Virus record (IMG/VR): IMGVR_UViG_3300003629_000002
Strand: one strand, 5' to 3'
DNA from: an uncultured virus (IMG/VR IMGVR_UViG_3300003629_000002)
Taxonomy: Duplodnaviria > Heunggongvirae > Uroviricota > Caudoviricetes
Length of the DNA stretch: 64,000 nt
The stretch's first letter is position 1, and every line of letters begins with the position of its first letter. The translations under genes were made by a program, and so were the position numbers. This document shows positions 1 through 11,027 of this stretch, piece by piece. A model generated the notes under the pieces. It was not told where the DNA came from, searched no databases, and saw only the letters and a list, made by a program, of their open reading frames with translations.

Positions 1-8
1 GATTCTAC

Positions 9-3000
9 TTGGTTGACTGGAAGGCGAACCTGTATACGAAGGACGACGACCCGGATGAAAGCGACTATGAACGACAGGGGAGCAAGGCTGTTAAGACTGA
101 CAAGTCCTACGAGTTGGTGATGCTCAAGCAGAGAGGGAGCGTCCCTGACCCCGTAACCGTGACCGTTAACGGAAACACGCACGAGTTGACTGAGCGGGAA
201 ATGCTGTTCCTTGCAAAAGTCAAGTGGATTCTTGGACGAACCAAGTACCATCCCGACATTCCGTTCTGGTTATATCTCGATGAGAAAAATAACGCAACGC
301 CTGACGACTATGGCTTGTGAGAACTTCGAGCAGTTCGCGGAGGGTGTCGTCCTTGCTTTTAGCCATTGCTCGCACAAAGGATACACGAATAATCCAGAAC
401 GTGTCAGTATGCCCAATCACGATGAGTTTTACGTGGCTGGCGTGATACTCGGCTCAATGATGCTGAAAGAGCGAGGCGCAGTCGTGTTCGAGGATTTGCC
501 TGACGAAAAGCGACGGGAGATGATGCAAGAATGGACGTAAGGAAACAGGATTTCGTTGCTGGCGCATTTGACGGACTCCACCACGTTCACGCAAATCATT
601 TGCCGCATACGCTTAGGAAGCACCACGAAGAAACTGGCGCAATCGACTGGTATACCGCTGGTCAGATTGTCGCCGCTCGAATGATGGATAACCTTTAAGT
701 AGATACAATGCGAAATACAAATATGCCCACGATGACGACTATCGAGTGGACTCGACAAGTTATAGGACTGAGGAAATCGAAACACTTAAGTACCTATAAC
801 TACAAGAATATAGTACGAGGTGACAAGTAACAATGCAGAAGACCATTACTGAGGTTGAGCAGACCGAAGTTGAGAAGATGCAGGATGAAATGCAGTCCTC
901 GATTCAGGTCGAGGGTGGTTCGAGTGTTGAGGCGCAGGGCCTCCACGCCGCTCTTGACTCTATGGCCGAGGGCTTCGACGTAACTGGCTTCAAGTGTCCG
1001 ACGTGTGGCCTTGCCCATATGCACGACACGAACAAGCACCGCGCCACCGATTCGTTCTCTATGAGCGATGACGAGGCCGCGTCGATGGACTACAACCCGA
1101 ACTGCCATTGTGGTGTGAACGAACTCGCACGACGTGGTAGTGACTTTGGTGTTGATGAGTCGAGCGCCGCTGGTACGGCAAGCCACGCTCCGATTCCCGA
1201 CACCACGACTCAGGAGATGAATGCCCGCTTCGGCGGGATGTAACAATCTCCTAACAGCATAGATAGCACAACGACAAACCCTGTCCAAACGAGGCAGGTG
1301 GGCCAATCCGCAGACCGCGCACTTTTCTTTGCATACAAATTCAACCAGCGTAAGCCGCTGGCGCGGGAACGCAACGCTTATAAGGCACTATGCCGTTTGA
1401 ATAGATATGAACAAGCAAGAACTATTCGAGTGCCGTGTTCGAGAGTTCACGGAAATCTGGAACCTGCTACGGCGACGGGGCAACTATCTCAACCGAGAGG
1501 CACAAGCCTACGTAGAGGGCTTTACGTTCCCGTGTTCGCTCTTTTACCAGAACGGCATCGAGGGTAATCTTCGAGGAAGTGGTGACTATCGCGCTGGCCT
1601 GAAGGCTGTCTCCAACTACGAGCGTAAGATGCAGAAAAACATTGAGCAGGAATACTCGGAGGAGGCACGCAAAGGCTTCCACGATGCGAAGGAGTTTCTT
1701 GAGCAGTCGGTGGAACTTCAGCAATGAACCCGAAGCAGTTTCTCACATTAATGGAGATGGCATACTGGGAACTTCCGAACAGCGAACTTGACCCACGTCT
1801 TGTCGGATTCCTGTTTGCGATTTCCGAATATTATATGGCGGCATACACAAATGGAGGCGAGTTCGACGAGCAGAACGACTTCGAGCGCGGCTATCGTATC
1901 TGGCAAGACCTAAACCACGATGTCGGAGTCTCGGCTGTTCACTCCACGTTTAACGAGTATCACGAGAACTGGTCGCCCGAGTTACGTTCCGGCTATGAGG
2001 AGGGAATGCGAATCGTGGAATCGCTCCGAAAGGTTTAAGTATACGCGAGTCCAATAATAGACTGTAATGACAGAGACTATTACCGCAACTGAAATTGTGG
2101 AAACGAACTTTGGCGAAAAGGTACTACTCGATTCACCGTTCGAGGCAAAGCAGTTCATCAAGTATATGCCGTGGTCGGCTGGCGATGGCGTCAACTATGA
2201 TGAACTTGAGGAAGACACGGAGACGCCTGACTTCGAGTTCTCGGATGACTTCGAATGTCACTCGTCGTGGGACCCTGACGAGTATGCGTGGGCGATTGAC
2301 GTTGACTCGTTCGGTGAGGCGAAGGCGTTCTTCGAGTCGGTTGGCTATGAGGTTACGGTTGATGCAGATGTGGCGCTCGCGGCAGAGTAGCCTATCGTAA
2401 TCGAAACCTTTTTATAGGTAGCCAACGTTTCATTATATATGGACGTTGATGATAAGGTAAAGCATCATATGCAAGAATTGAACAAGGCGCTCGAAAATGA
2501 CAATACGGAGAAGATGGGTCGTCACTACGCGGCGATTCTCGAACTATACGGCTACTACGATTAACGTAAGCCTTATATTGGCGTAGTCCGTACAAACTAT
2601 TATGAGTTTCAGTTTCACAGCACTCGCAGAATGCGAAATGTGCGGAGCGCCGCTTTCCTCATCCGATGAGGATTGCGACGAATGCGCCGAATCCGAGGAT
2701 GTCCTGCTTATTTTCAGGCGTCTCACGAGCCACGAGACACGGACCTTGCCTGTCAGTATGATGGCAGACCGTGACTTCATTTGGGAGAAGTTTGCTAAGT
2801 CTCTCGCAAGTGAATCTGGAGTCGAGGACCCGCTTCCGTGGATGCTTCTCGGCATAAATGATACTGTCGAGGCATTGCTTGAAGGTCCATCGGTCGATGA
2901 TATTACTGACATTTCACATAATGGAATGACCATCGACTATCGCGGAGGGGAAGACTTAAGGGAACTCGCGTCCTATGAAGAACAATGAGTGAATTATACG

Positions 3001-3675
3001 ATATTCCACTTGACCCGATGCAGTATGGATTGCTTGAGGTCGCACTTCTAAATCTCGGTTCAGAGCGTGCTGTCGAGATTCGTTCACAAATCGAGCGACA
3101 GGTCTTTCGAAGCGGCCTCGTGCCAATCGTTGTTAGTGTCAACCGAGACGAGTATGACGAAATGGTGTATGCCATTTCAGAACTTGCGCTTCACTCGGGC
3201 GTCGAAGGAGAGGCTGGCGACTTAGTTCAGCATATGAAATACTTTACGGAGGATACCGAAGAATGGTTGCAAAAGGAACAGTAATATTTAGTAGTGCCCT
3301 GTTCGCGCTCATAGCGAGTCTGTTCGGATTCGCGTTTGGGCTTGGGTTCATCGTCACCGCATACCTCAACTCGATGCTCTGGCTTGGCGTAGTCGGTATC
3401 GTGTTCCTGCTCGTGTCAGGCTATTCGTTCTACTCGCTCTACGGCTGGTTCACGGAGGGAGTCGAATGAAGGGACTGCCGACGATATGGGAGGAAACGGG
3501 GATGGAGCGACCAGATGCATCTAACAAGTATCTAATTGGAATTATGTCACTCAAGTCAGCATATCAAGGAGGCGACCGAGATATTATCATAGATAGCCTT
3601 GAGTATCTCGTGATAGAAGCACAGTACGAATTGGTCGATGTAGAGCGGGAATACACGTACCAACGAAACGTTTAA
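9..3675 (+). other. Cluster of short hypothetical early genes (9-320 partial, 310-540, 531-698, 1407-1727, 1724-2038, 2067-2390, 2602-2988, 2985-3284, 3263-3469 membrane, 3466-3675)
   Basis: Tightly packed or overlapping acidic ORFs, several preceded by the viral BRE-TATA motif; no family recognised. Confidence 0.7.
833..1243 (+). CDS. Acidic Cys/His-rich putative metal-binding protein
   Basis: CPTCGLAHMH and CHCG motifs; SD-like GAGGTGA upstream. Confidence 0.6.
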   Translation: MQKTITEVEQTEVEKMQDEMQSSIQVEGGSSVEAQGLHAALDSMAEGFDVTGFKCPTCGLAHMHDTNKHRATDSFSMSDDEAASMDYNPNCHCGVNELARRGSDFGVDESSAAGTASHAPIPDTTTQEMNARFGGM

Positions 3676-3721
3676 GTAGAACCCGAACGTAAATCGAAAG
3701 ATTTAAATATTTGTAGTTCCT

Positions 3722-4456
3722 ATGAACGTATGTATGATAGAGTGCCCTACTTGTGGCGAGGAAAAGAAGCATATAGGTAAACATTGGAGATTCTGCACAT
3801 ACCCATCGCTATCTCTTGGAAAAAGAGAATTGATAGAAGGTATGGTTCTTGGAGATGGGTCTGTTCACAATACTCGAACCAATAACTTCTTTACTGCTAA
3901 TATGACAAATAAGAAGTTTTTAGAATGGTTAGATGATAGTCTTGGATTATTTTCAAATGGGGTGAAACTTAAGGCAACTGGTGAAGAACTTGCTGAAAAG
4001 AATAAATCTAATGGACTAATTGATGTTGTAAATCCAGATGAATATAGAGATTCTTATATTCTGCAATCAAAAAGACACCCATACTTCAATGGGCTGAGAA
4101 ATATATATTATAATAATAAAGGAAAACATTTCCCAAATAATTTGAAACTTACGAAGAATATGGCAAAAATGTGGTATGTTTCTGATGGTTCTTTGATGTG
4201 GGGAGATAAATCTGGAAATGCAGGATTAAGAATAGGTGTTCGGTCACAAATGGATAGAGAGGAATACCTAATATCTTTATTTAATAGCATTGGATTCGAT
4301 ATTAAACTTAATGGATGGAATTTACAGATGGGGAATAAAGAAGCAGAAAGATTTCTTGATTTTCTTGGAGAACCTGTACCGGGGTTCGAGTATAAGTGGG
4401 AAAATAAAAATAATATTGAATACGAAAGACTTAAGATAGAGGCGTACCAATACTGA
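3722..4456 (+). mobile_element. Free-standing LAGLIDADG-like homing endonuclease
   Basis: LIEGMVLGDGSV and MWYVSDGS motifs, N-terminal CPTCG..HW..C; AT-rich and basic; paralogue of 11028-11735. Confidence 0.8.
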
Positions 4457-4479
4457 TTTGGTGAAGAACAATTAACTGT

Positions 4480-5004
4480 ATGTGGCTCGACGCAGACCTG
4501 AAACAAGCGGCACGGAATCACGCGACTAAGCATCAGACCAAGTTAATCTTGGAGGCTACTCAGATGGCCTGCTCCGCGCTTCATATGAACGGACTCGCAG
4601 AAATTTCGCCATATCAAAAGACGCATACCGGGCATCCGATGACGAGATGGGCCGCTGAGTCATTCGATAATTGGCTTCTGTTGCGAGACTATGCGAGCGC
4701 CCTGCACGCAGTCAGATACGGCTACTCATATGCAGATTTGGCAGAAATGTCCAGCGAGCGGCGCAAAGAGTTAGACGATGCCGACGTTATTCACAAGAGT
4801 ATGCGTAAATTTTCCGAGATTCCTGAGCGTCCTGTGGGACTCGTCCTTCCAAATATCGGCGTCACGGCTCGTCCGAAGTGCTTTGGTTCCTTTGAGCCGA
4901 GTAGCCCGTTGCTGTCGGTAGAGGAAGCGTACCGCGAATATTACCTTTCAGAGAAAGAGCCACAGGACTGGTTCGAGTGGAGTGAGGTTCCAGAATGGCA
5001 ATGA
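4480..5004 (+). CDS. Pyrimidine dimer DNA glycosylase / endonuclease V-like protein
   Basis: KH..KLILEATQM, YQKTHTGHPMTRWA and VEEAYREYY motifs. Confidence 0.75.
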   Translation: MWLDADLKQAARNHATKHQTKLILEATQMACSALHMNGLAEISPYQKTHTGHPMTRWAAESFDNWLLLRDYASALHAVRYGYSYADLAEMSSERRKELDDADVIHKSMRKFSEIPERPVGLVLPNIGVTARPKCFGSFEPSSPLLSVEEAYREYYLSEKEPQDWFEWSEVPEWQ

Positions 5005-5808
5005 ATGGTACGCTCGCCGTACAGTTATCCGAGTATGACCTTCCAGATGTATATAAAGAGCGAGTCTTCGGCGCAACTGAAGACAACGATTTCTGGAATC
5101 CAAGTGGGCGCAACCCATCGGTATTCCTGAATCGTCCGTTTTGCGAGTGGGACGAGTATAAGGTACTGATTGCGAGAGCGTGGAGCGAGTCTGACTACAG
5201 AACCGCTTGCGTCCTCGCGCAACTTGCAGTAATTGATGAACAATGGAAAGAGTTAAATACTAATGGACCGAAGTAAGCATATGCCCGTGACCAATTTCGA
5301 TTCGGAGGATGGACAATATTTCGTTGAAGCAATTCGTGATAATATTCATTACACCTTTGTCTTCGTTGACCGAGGCGGTACAGGTGCAATGCTAAAGTCG
5401 ATGATGGTCGATGGTTTTAAGATTGCCCCGACTGAAGGACGAACCAAGGCCGAAGCCTATGGTGAGGCGAGGCGGCAATTGCTCGAAGAAGTCGAACACA
5501 TCGAGGAAGTCTATGTCCCAAGCAACGCGACTGTGATATTCGACAATGAATAGTTTCTTACAATATGACCCGTCGCGGCGCTTAGAGTATCTTTCCGAAT
5601 TTAAGAGAGCAGACAGGTCGTTCAAGAAGATGATGGGCTGGTCCGGTCCTCGAATAAAATCGTACAATGAGGTGGAGATACAAGATTATTACCAGCGCGT
5701 CTTGGCAGAAGCATACGATAATTCGAATATCGAGTTCACGGATGCACTTATCGGGTATATGCTCGTTCTCGGTGGATGCGAGTACGATAAGACTAAAATG
5801 TATTAAAT

Positions 5809-5824
5809 CGAAAGATTTAAATAG
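5809..5824 (+). promoter_or_regulatory. Example of the recurrent viral promoter (BRE + TATA), CGAAAnnTTTAARTA
   Basis: cgaaagatttaaatag; near-identical motif recurs about 25 nt upstream of many ATGs and RNA genes. Confidence 0.85.
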
Positions 5825-5858
5825 TAGTAGTTCTTACTATAGTGTGTACGTGGACGAT

Positions 5859-6016
5859 GGCCGACCGCTACTTCAAGGCAAACCCCAACTCTTTAACAGT
5901 TGTTATTGAAGGTTCGATTCCTTCCGTGGGTGGCTCCCTCGTAGGTTAATTTAACAGCCAATTATGGCAGTTCTCGGACTGCCCTATCAAAAGCGGCATT
6001 CGGTGGCCTTATTTTT
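5859..6016 (+). ncRNA. Circularly permuted tRNA-like RNA (YrlA/Y RNA-like)
   Basis: Order: anticodon-like arm CAACT/AGTTG, T arm GAAGG-TTCGATT-CCTTC, loop-closed acceptor stem, D arm; paired termini; own promoter and T-run. Confidence 0.75.
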
Positions 6017-6109
6017 CCGCGAACGTGCTTGCCCTCGCTCCACTCCTTTCTCCCTTTTCGTTTTTCACAATTCGATAGGGTTAAGTATGTGGACGCTTTA
6101 CATAGAAAT

Positions 6110-6394
6110 ATGGCACGTAATACAAATTGTTTGTTCTGCCCTGAACCGGATAGAATCACACGCTGGTTCCACGAGGACTCGGTATGCCTACTTATTAATA
6201 AACCGACAGGTGAACCGATGCTCGTCCTCAAGCGACATACGACGGAGCCAACCGAGAAGGAGATGACGCATATGCGAGAAGTCGCATCTGACTATTGTGG
6301 AGCGCACGATATTCAGGTAATTCTTGACCACGTTCCAAATCATTGGCACGGGCATCTTATCAACTACGAGACACATCCATCGGAGGCTAACTGA
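6110..6394 (+). CDS. HIT-like family protein
   Basis: N-terminal CLFC, MLVLKRH, C-terminal HWHGH. Confidence 0.6.
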   Translation: MARNTNCLFCPEPDRITRWFHEDSVCLLINKPTGEPMLVLKRHTTEPTEKEMTHMREVASDYCGAHDIQVILDHVPNHWHGHLINYETHPSEAN

Positions 6395-6617
6395 TGCGTT
6401 GCCCTGAATATAGCCAGCACGCCTATTCAGTCGAGGATATTCCAGATAGTGACTTCGAGTATTCCGGCTCCTTCGAGGTTGTCGCTTCCTCGCAAGGCGC
6501 AGTTCTTGTCAAAAAGAAATATGTCGCGCATTGCCCGGATTGCCGGACCACCCGGTACAGATTAGCAAAGTATAAATTAGAGATGATTCCACACGATAAC
6601 CTGCCCTTTGGTGAGGT

Positions 6618-7091
6618 ATGAAATTGTATACAGATGCATCGGCTGACGAGAACGCAAACGTATTCGGAATTGGATACATTCTCGAATTGAAGACCGGCGC
6701 ACGAATACAGGGGAAGCACTATGTCGAAGGCGAGTATACCTCGATGGAAGCAGAGTGGTATGCCATTATGCAAGGACTGGAACTTGCAAGTGAGAACATT
6801 ACGTCTCACGATTCGTCAATAGAGGTTATCACGGATTGTAAGCCGCTCGTTAACAAGATTAGAGAGCCTGACGATATGTACGACGACCGATGGTTCAATT
6901 ATCGGCGTCAGATGTTGGGCGAGTTATTCACGTTCGAGGCGTGGGACCTCTACTGGGAGGAACGAAGCACAACCGAGCAAAACGAAAAAGCAAATCGTCT
7001 TGCACGAGAGGCGATGTGGGAAGGTCGTGGTGACGATGGCGTTGTCGGGGGCAATGCCTCAGAAGGTGTCACCTTCAATACAATAGAATGA
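6618..7091 (+). CDS. rnhA: Ribonuclease HI family protein
   Basis: LYTDAS, TSMEAEWYA, ITDCK, NEKANRLA motifs. Confidence 0.85.
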   Translation: MKLYTDASADENANVFGIGYILELKTGARIQGKHYVEGEYTSMEAEWYAIMQGLELASENITSHDSSIEVITDCKPLVNKIREPDDMYDDRWFNYRRQMLGELFTFEAWDLYWEERSTTEQNEKANRLAREAMWEGRGDDGVVGGNASEGVTFNTIE

Positions 7092-7193
7092 CAATACTAT
7101 TTGTCGCCTTTGTCGCTGGAATCGTGCTATATCTCGCCTTCGCCTGTAACAAATAGCGTAACCTTTTTATAGCCGGAGCGCGTTTACTACGAT

Positions 7194-7844
7194 ATGGAGA
7201 AAGTAGAGCGTATCAATCGCGTGAAAAATACATTGGATATGGAGGAACTATATCGGAAACTTCCTGAAGTTGGTACTATTCTTGACCCGGAATTGCAAGA
7301 TATTACAGAGCAGACATTTCTTACTGGCTGTCCTGACCATTTCTGGATTCGCCCGAGTTCCTCGACTGGGAAGTATCATTCTGAAGATGAGACAGGCAAG
7401 TTCGGCAATTGGCTTCACACGAAGCGTGTATTTGTAACATATATGATTCTTAGCCGCTCTTATTTAGAGCAGGGACTCATTTCGGAATTTGACAGAGAGG
7501 CTGGTAAGAGCGCCGCCTTGCTTCACGATATGCTCAAGTATGGCTGGCCGTCAGAGGGTCGTGAGCATACCTCAAATCGTCACGATGTTATCGGGAGCGA
7601 CGTAGCCCGCGTCCTCGGCAAAGCACCAGAGGAAGTCCATCAGGCGATTCACGCACACAACGGAGCGTGGGCCGAGGGGAAGAACCCCGAGACTAACTAC
7701 GAGCAGATTCTTCACTTATCGGATTACGTCGCGTCGAAACCAATTTTGGGAAGTCCGGCTGTCTGGAATCCTGCTGAAGAACTCGAAGAAGCCTTTCCTG
7801 ACCTTCGCACCATCGACGATGACACACTTGAAGGACTGCTCTAA
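7194..7844 (+). CDS. HD-domain phosphohydrolase
   Basis: PSSSTGKYH, HT, AALLHDMLK, H, AHNG, SD motifs. Confidence 0.85.
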   Translation: MEKVERINRVKNTLDMEELYRKLPEVGTILDPELQDITEQTFLTGCPDHFWIRPSSSTGKYHSEDETGKFGNWLHTKRVFVTYMILSRSYLEQGLISEFDREAGKSAALLHDMLKYGWPSEGREHTSNRHDVIGSDVARVLGKAPEEVHQAIHAHNGAWAEGKNPETNYEQILHLSDYVASKPILGSPAVWNPAEELEEAFPDLRTIDDDTLEGLL

Positions 7845-7883
7845 TCGCAAGAGTTAAATACTCCGAAGTCGTAACATATATGT

Positions 7884-7988
7884 ATGAGATTTACTTGTAA
7901 CGTTGGCGAATGTCCGTACAGCACAACTCTCGCAGAAAATATCGGCCTACATCTTGCAGAGGAGCATCCTGAAGAAGTTGAACTATGA
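7884..7988 (+). CDS. 34-aa C2H2 zinc-finger microprotein
   Basis: MRFTCNVGECPY...HLAEEH; follows a TATA box and overlaps the next start. Confidence 0.6.
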   Translation: MRFTCNVGECPYSTTLAENIGLHLAEEHPEEVEL

Positions 7989-8350
7989 ATGTTGCAATTG
8001 TCGGCTCTCGCTCGCTTGAGGGGCGGAGAAGCGATGTTCGAGATGCTATTTTTCGAAGCCCGTGGCTCGCTGAAGGAGAACCATCCGGCGTTGACACAAT
8101 TATCAGCGGCGGTGCTGATGGTGTCGATACGTATGCCGAGCAGGTCGCTGATGAGTTGGCCCTCGATACTCGAATCATCGAGCCAGACTGGGAGTCCTAC
8201 GGGCCTGCGGCTGGACCAAAACGGAATACGAAGATTATCGAAGAAGCAGACGCCGTAATCGTCATATGGGATGGCGCTTCTAACGGCACGGCTGACTCGT
8301 TGCGAAAGGCGATTGATATGGGCAAGACAATTTACGCCGAGCAACTCTAA
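7985..8350 (+). CDS. SLOG family protein (DUF2493/YspA-like)
   Basis: VAIVGSR, ISGGADGVD, AAGPKRN, WDGASNGT. Confidence 0.85.
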   Translation: MNVAIVGSRSLEGRRSDVRDAIFRSPWLAEGEPSGVDTIISGGADGVDTYAEQVADELALDTRIIEPDWESYGPAAGPKRNTKIIEEADAVIVIWDGASNGTADSLRKAIDMGKTIYAEQL

Positions 8351-8388
8351 CCGTTAAGACTATAAGGGAGTAACACCTACGAATAGGT

Positions 8389-9777
8389 ATGAAACTCTAC
8401 GGCGAATACAACGAGGCGACGATTCATACGGAGGCTGAACAGGTTGACGCTTCAGCGATGGAGCAGATTTCCGAAATGGTCAATCATCCCGCGTTCGAGG
8501 GAGACTCGGACGTGTCGATTATGCCTGACTTTCATTGGGGCGCAGGTGCAGTAATCGGATTTACGATGCCCGTAAAAGAGCGTGTCGTTCCGAATACCAT
8601 CGGCGTTGACATTGGTTGCGGAATGTTCGCAGTCAATCTTGGCGATATTGAGTTTGACTCACTTGAGTCGCTCGACTCAGCGGTGCGCTCGCGGATTCCG
8701 ACAGGCTTTGATGTCCACTCGCGGAATGACTATCATATGATTAACGATTTCCCGTGGCAAGCCTGCGAGGATAAGTGGCACTCGTTTGCTGAGAGTACCT
8801 CGTTTGCGCTGGAAAATGAAACGCAGTACCCTCGTGAGACGTACTTCGAGAATCTGTGCAAGCGTGTCGGCTACGATATGGGACGCGCAATTAACAGTAT
8901 CGGCACGCTTGGCGGCGGGAATCACTTCATCGAGTTTGGCCGTGATTCGGAGAATCACGTTTGGTGCATCATCCACTCCGGCTCTCGCGGAATCGGTGCA
9001 GAGATTGCTTCCTATTGGCAGGACCGTGCGACTGAAGCGATGAACGAGCGTGCGATGGAGGGAGATATTCCTGACTCTATCGAGCCGTATCTCTCGGATA
9101 ACTGGAAACCGAAGGCTGACAAGATTCGCGCCAACTTTGAGGGAGAGGACATTCAGGAAAAGTTCAATGAATTGTCACAATTCATTCAGTCCACGAAACA
9201 GGATGAACAGAACCGGAACACGGACCTTGACTATCTCGAAGGAGACGAGGCGCACGGATATATTCGGGATATGATATTCGCACAGACCTATGCCAGCGTC
9301 TCTCGAAAGCAGATGGCTATTGCTGTGCTGGATGCTGTGCGTTCCCTGCAAGACGAGCCTGTCCCCGAAGACGAGGCTCCCGCGTGGTGGAAGGACTCCA
9401 TCGAGTCCGTTCATAATTACATCGACTTCGAGGATGCGACCATTCGCAAAGGAGCCTGTCGCGCACACGCCGATGAGCGGCTCGTTGTTCCGCTTAATAT
9501 GAAGTACGGCACTCTGCTTTGTAAAGGCAAAGGACGCGCTGACTGGAACAATTCAAGCGCACACGGCGCTGGTCGTGCAATGAGCCGGACTGCGGCTCAC
9601 GACAAGTTCACCGACGACGACTTCGAGGAACAGACTGAAGGAGTCTATATGTCGAAGAAACCGATGGACGAAATTCCGGGTGCATATAAGGATGCGTCCT
9701 CCATCGAGTCAGCCTTGGGTGAATCTGTCGAGGTAATCGACCGTGTGATTCCGTTCCTCTCAATCAAGGCGGAGTAA
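8389..9777 (+). CDS. rtcB: RNA-splicing/repair ligase RtcB
   Basis: MPDFHWG, GVDIGCG, GTLGGGNHF, HSGSRG, HN, RKGA, SSAHGAGRAMSR, DEIPGAYK. Confidence 0.97.
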   Translation: MKLYGEYNEATIHTEAEQVDASAMEQISEMVNHPAFEGDSDVSIMPDFHWGAGAVIGFTMPVKERVVPNTIGVDIGCGMFAVNLGDIEFDSLESLDSAVRSRIPTGFDVHSRNDYHMINDFPWQACEDKWHSFAESTSFALENETQYPRETYFENLCKRVGYDMGRAINSIGTLGGGNHFIEFGRDSENHVWCIIHSGSRGIGAEIASYWQDRATEAMNERAMEGDIPDSIEPYLSDNWKPKADKIRANFEGEDIQEKFNELSQFIQSTKQDEQNRNTDLDYLEGDEAHGYIRDMIFAQTYASVSRKQMAIAVLDAVRSLQDEPVPEDEAPAWWKDSIESVHNYIDFEDATIRKGACRAHADERLVVPLNMKYGTLLCKGKGRADWNNSSAHGAGRAMSRTAAHDKFTDDDFEEQTEGVYMSKKPMDEIPGAYKDASSIESALGESVEVIDRVIPFLSIKAE

Positions 9778-10447
9778 CTATGACGAGCAAAGAATTGCTT
9801 GAGGAACAGTTGGAGATACTCGCGGAACACCTTGGTATTAATAGTTCCGAGGATATTATCTCCACGTTCATTCAGCAGAAGGTCGTCAAAATTGACGATA
9901 CCATTGTAACCTATCGTGAGTATGAGGATAAGACGAACTACTTCCTCATTACACCGTTCAGTAGTAGGGCAAACGATGGAGAGAGCGCGAGCCTGAATGC
10001 AGGACCGATTAGTCGGCTTGCAGACCACGGCTTCATCGTAAAGGATGTCACGGCTTACGATTCAGTCGAACCGCGTGGCGGCAAATACTCAGACGAGCAT
10101 AAACATCACCCGAGCGCAGATAAGTATATCACGACTAAATTACGATATGTCGGAATGGACCATCCGATAATTGAAATGTATGAGTAAATATGGTGAATTT
10201 CCGGGTGTTTCGGTTACGACAGAATCAGTCGCTCGTAGTCTGACATACACGGAGAAAATGGAGACGATGGTCTGTATTCGGTTCTGCTTAGGTGATGGAT
10301 ACATTGAAACAAACGGTGTGCAGTCGGCGCTTGAGTGTCTCGGCTATTCACCGTATCGAACGATGCCGATGTTTCAAAAGGCGCTCAAAGAATTAGAGGA
10401 GGAAACCGAAACCTTTAAGTAGGACAAGCACAAATAGTAGAACGCGA

Positions 10448-10579
10448 AGGCCCGTGGCCGAATGGTTTAAGGCGCTATATTCCGTCTTTCAAAATTTGGT
10501 TCGCGGAAGCGAAACGATTGAAAGGCTTACTTCACACCTGATGAGTGAGAGATTGCTGGTTCGAATCCAGTCGGGCCTA
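10448..10579 (+). ncRNA. tRNA-like RNA with a 58-nt structured insert at the D/anticodon junction (unpermuted YrlA-like, or tRNA-Ile(GAT) with a non-canonical intron)
   Basis: Acceptor AGGCCCG/CGGGCCT, D arm, T arm GCTGG-TTCGAAT-CCAGT, loop CTGATGA; insert GTCTTTCAA/TTGAAAGGC followed by TTACTTCA. Confidence 0.7.
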
Positions 10580-11027
10580 TGTCGGAACGGAGTTCCCCGA
10601 GCCTGACCGACTGCTGTATCGGGAAATTAGATACGCTGTTCAACTCAATTCAAAACTTACTTGTTCGTGAAGGGGTCTTGAGGAGCGTATTATTATCGGG
10701 GCGAGCGGTCCTCCTCCTTCACATTCGCAATCACGGTTAGTGGAAAGACTTATTACTGAATAGTGCATACAATTATATATGCATCAGGTAATGTTACGCT
10801 ATCCGTTACTGATTGACGGGGAGTTTCAGAATATGTTCTTTCGGGAGAATTGGAAGACAAATCAGGAGAGTGGCTATATCTCCTTTGGGAACGACCCGAC
10901 CAACGACCACGGATACCCGCAGAACGATGTTATTAGAGTCCCGAAGCACAATGTTCTCGGATGGGTTGAAATCGAGTCAGAGGACTAAACCGAAAAGTTT
11001 AAGTAGAAGGGGTTCCTATTAGGTAAT

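Noticed and set aside
5886..5902. Stop-codon reassignment implied by the UUA anticodon-like loop
   Set aside because: TAA terminates many clear genes here, and the loop belongs to a permuted RNA with a closed acceptor stem
10510..10550. Hammerhead ribozyme (GAAAC and CTGATGA)
   Set aside because: Stems I-III cannot be formed; CTGATGA is better explained as an anticodon-like loop
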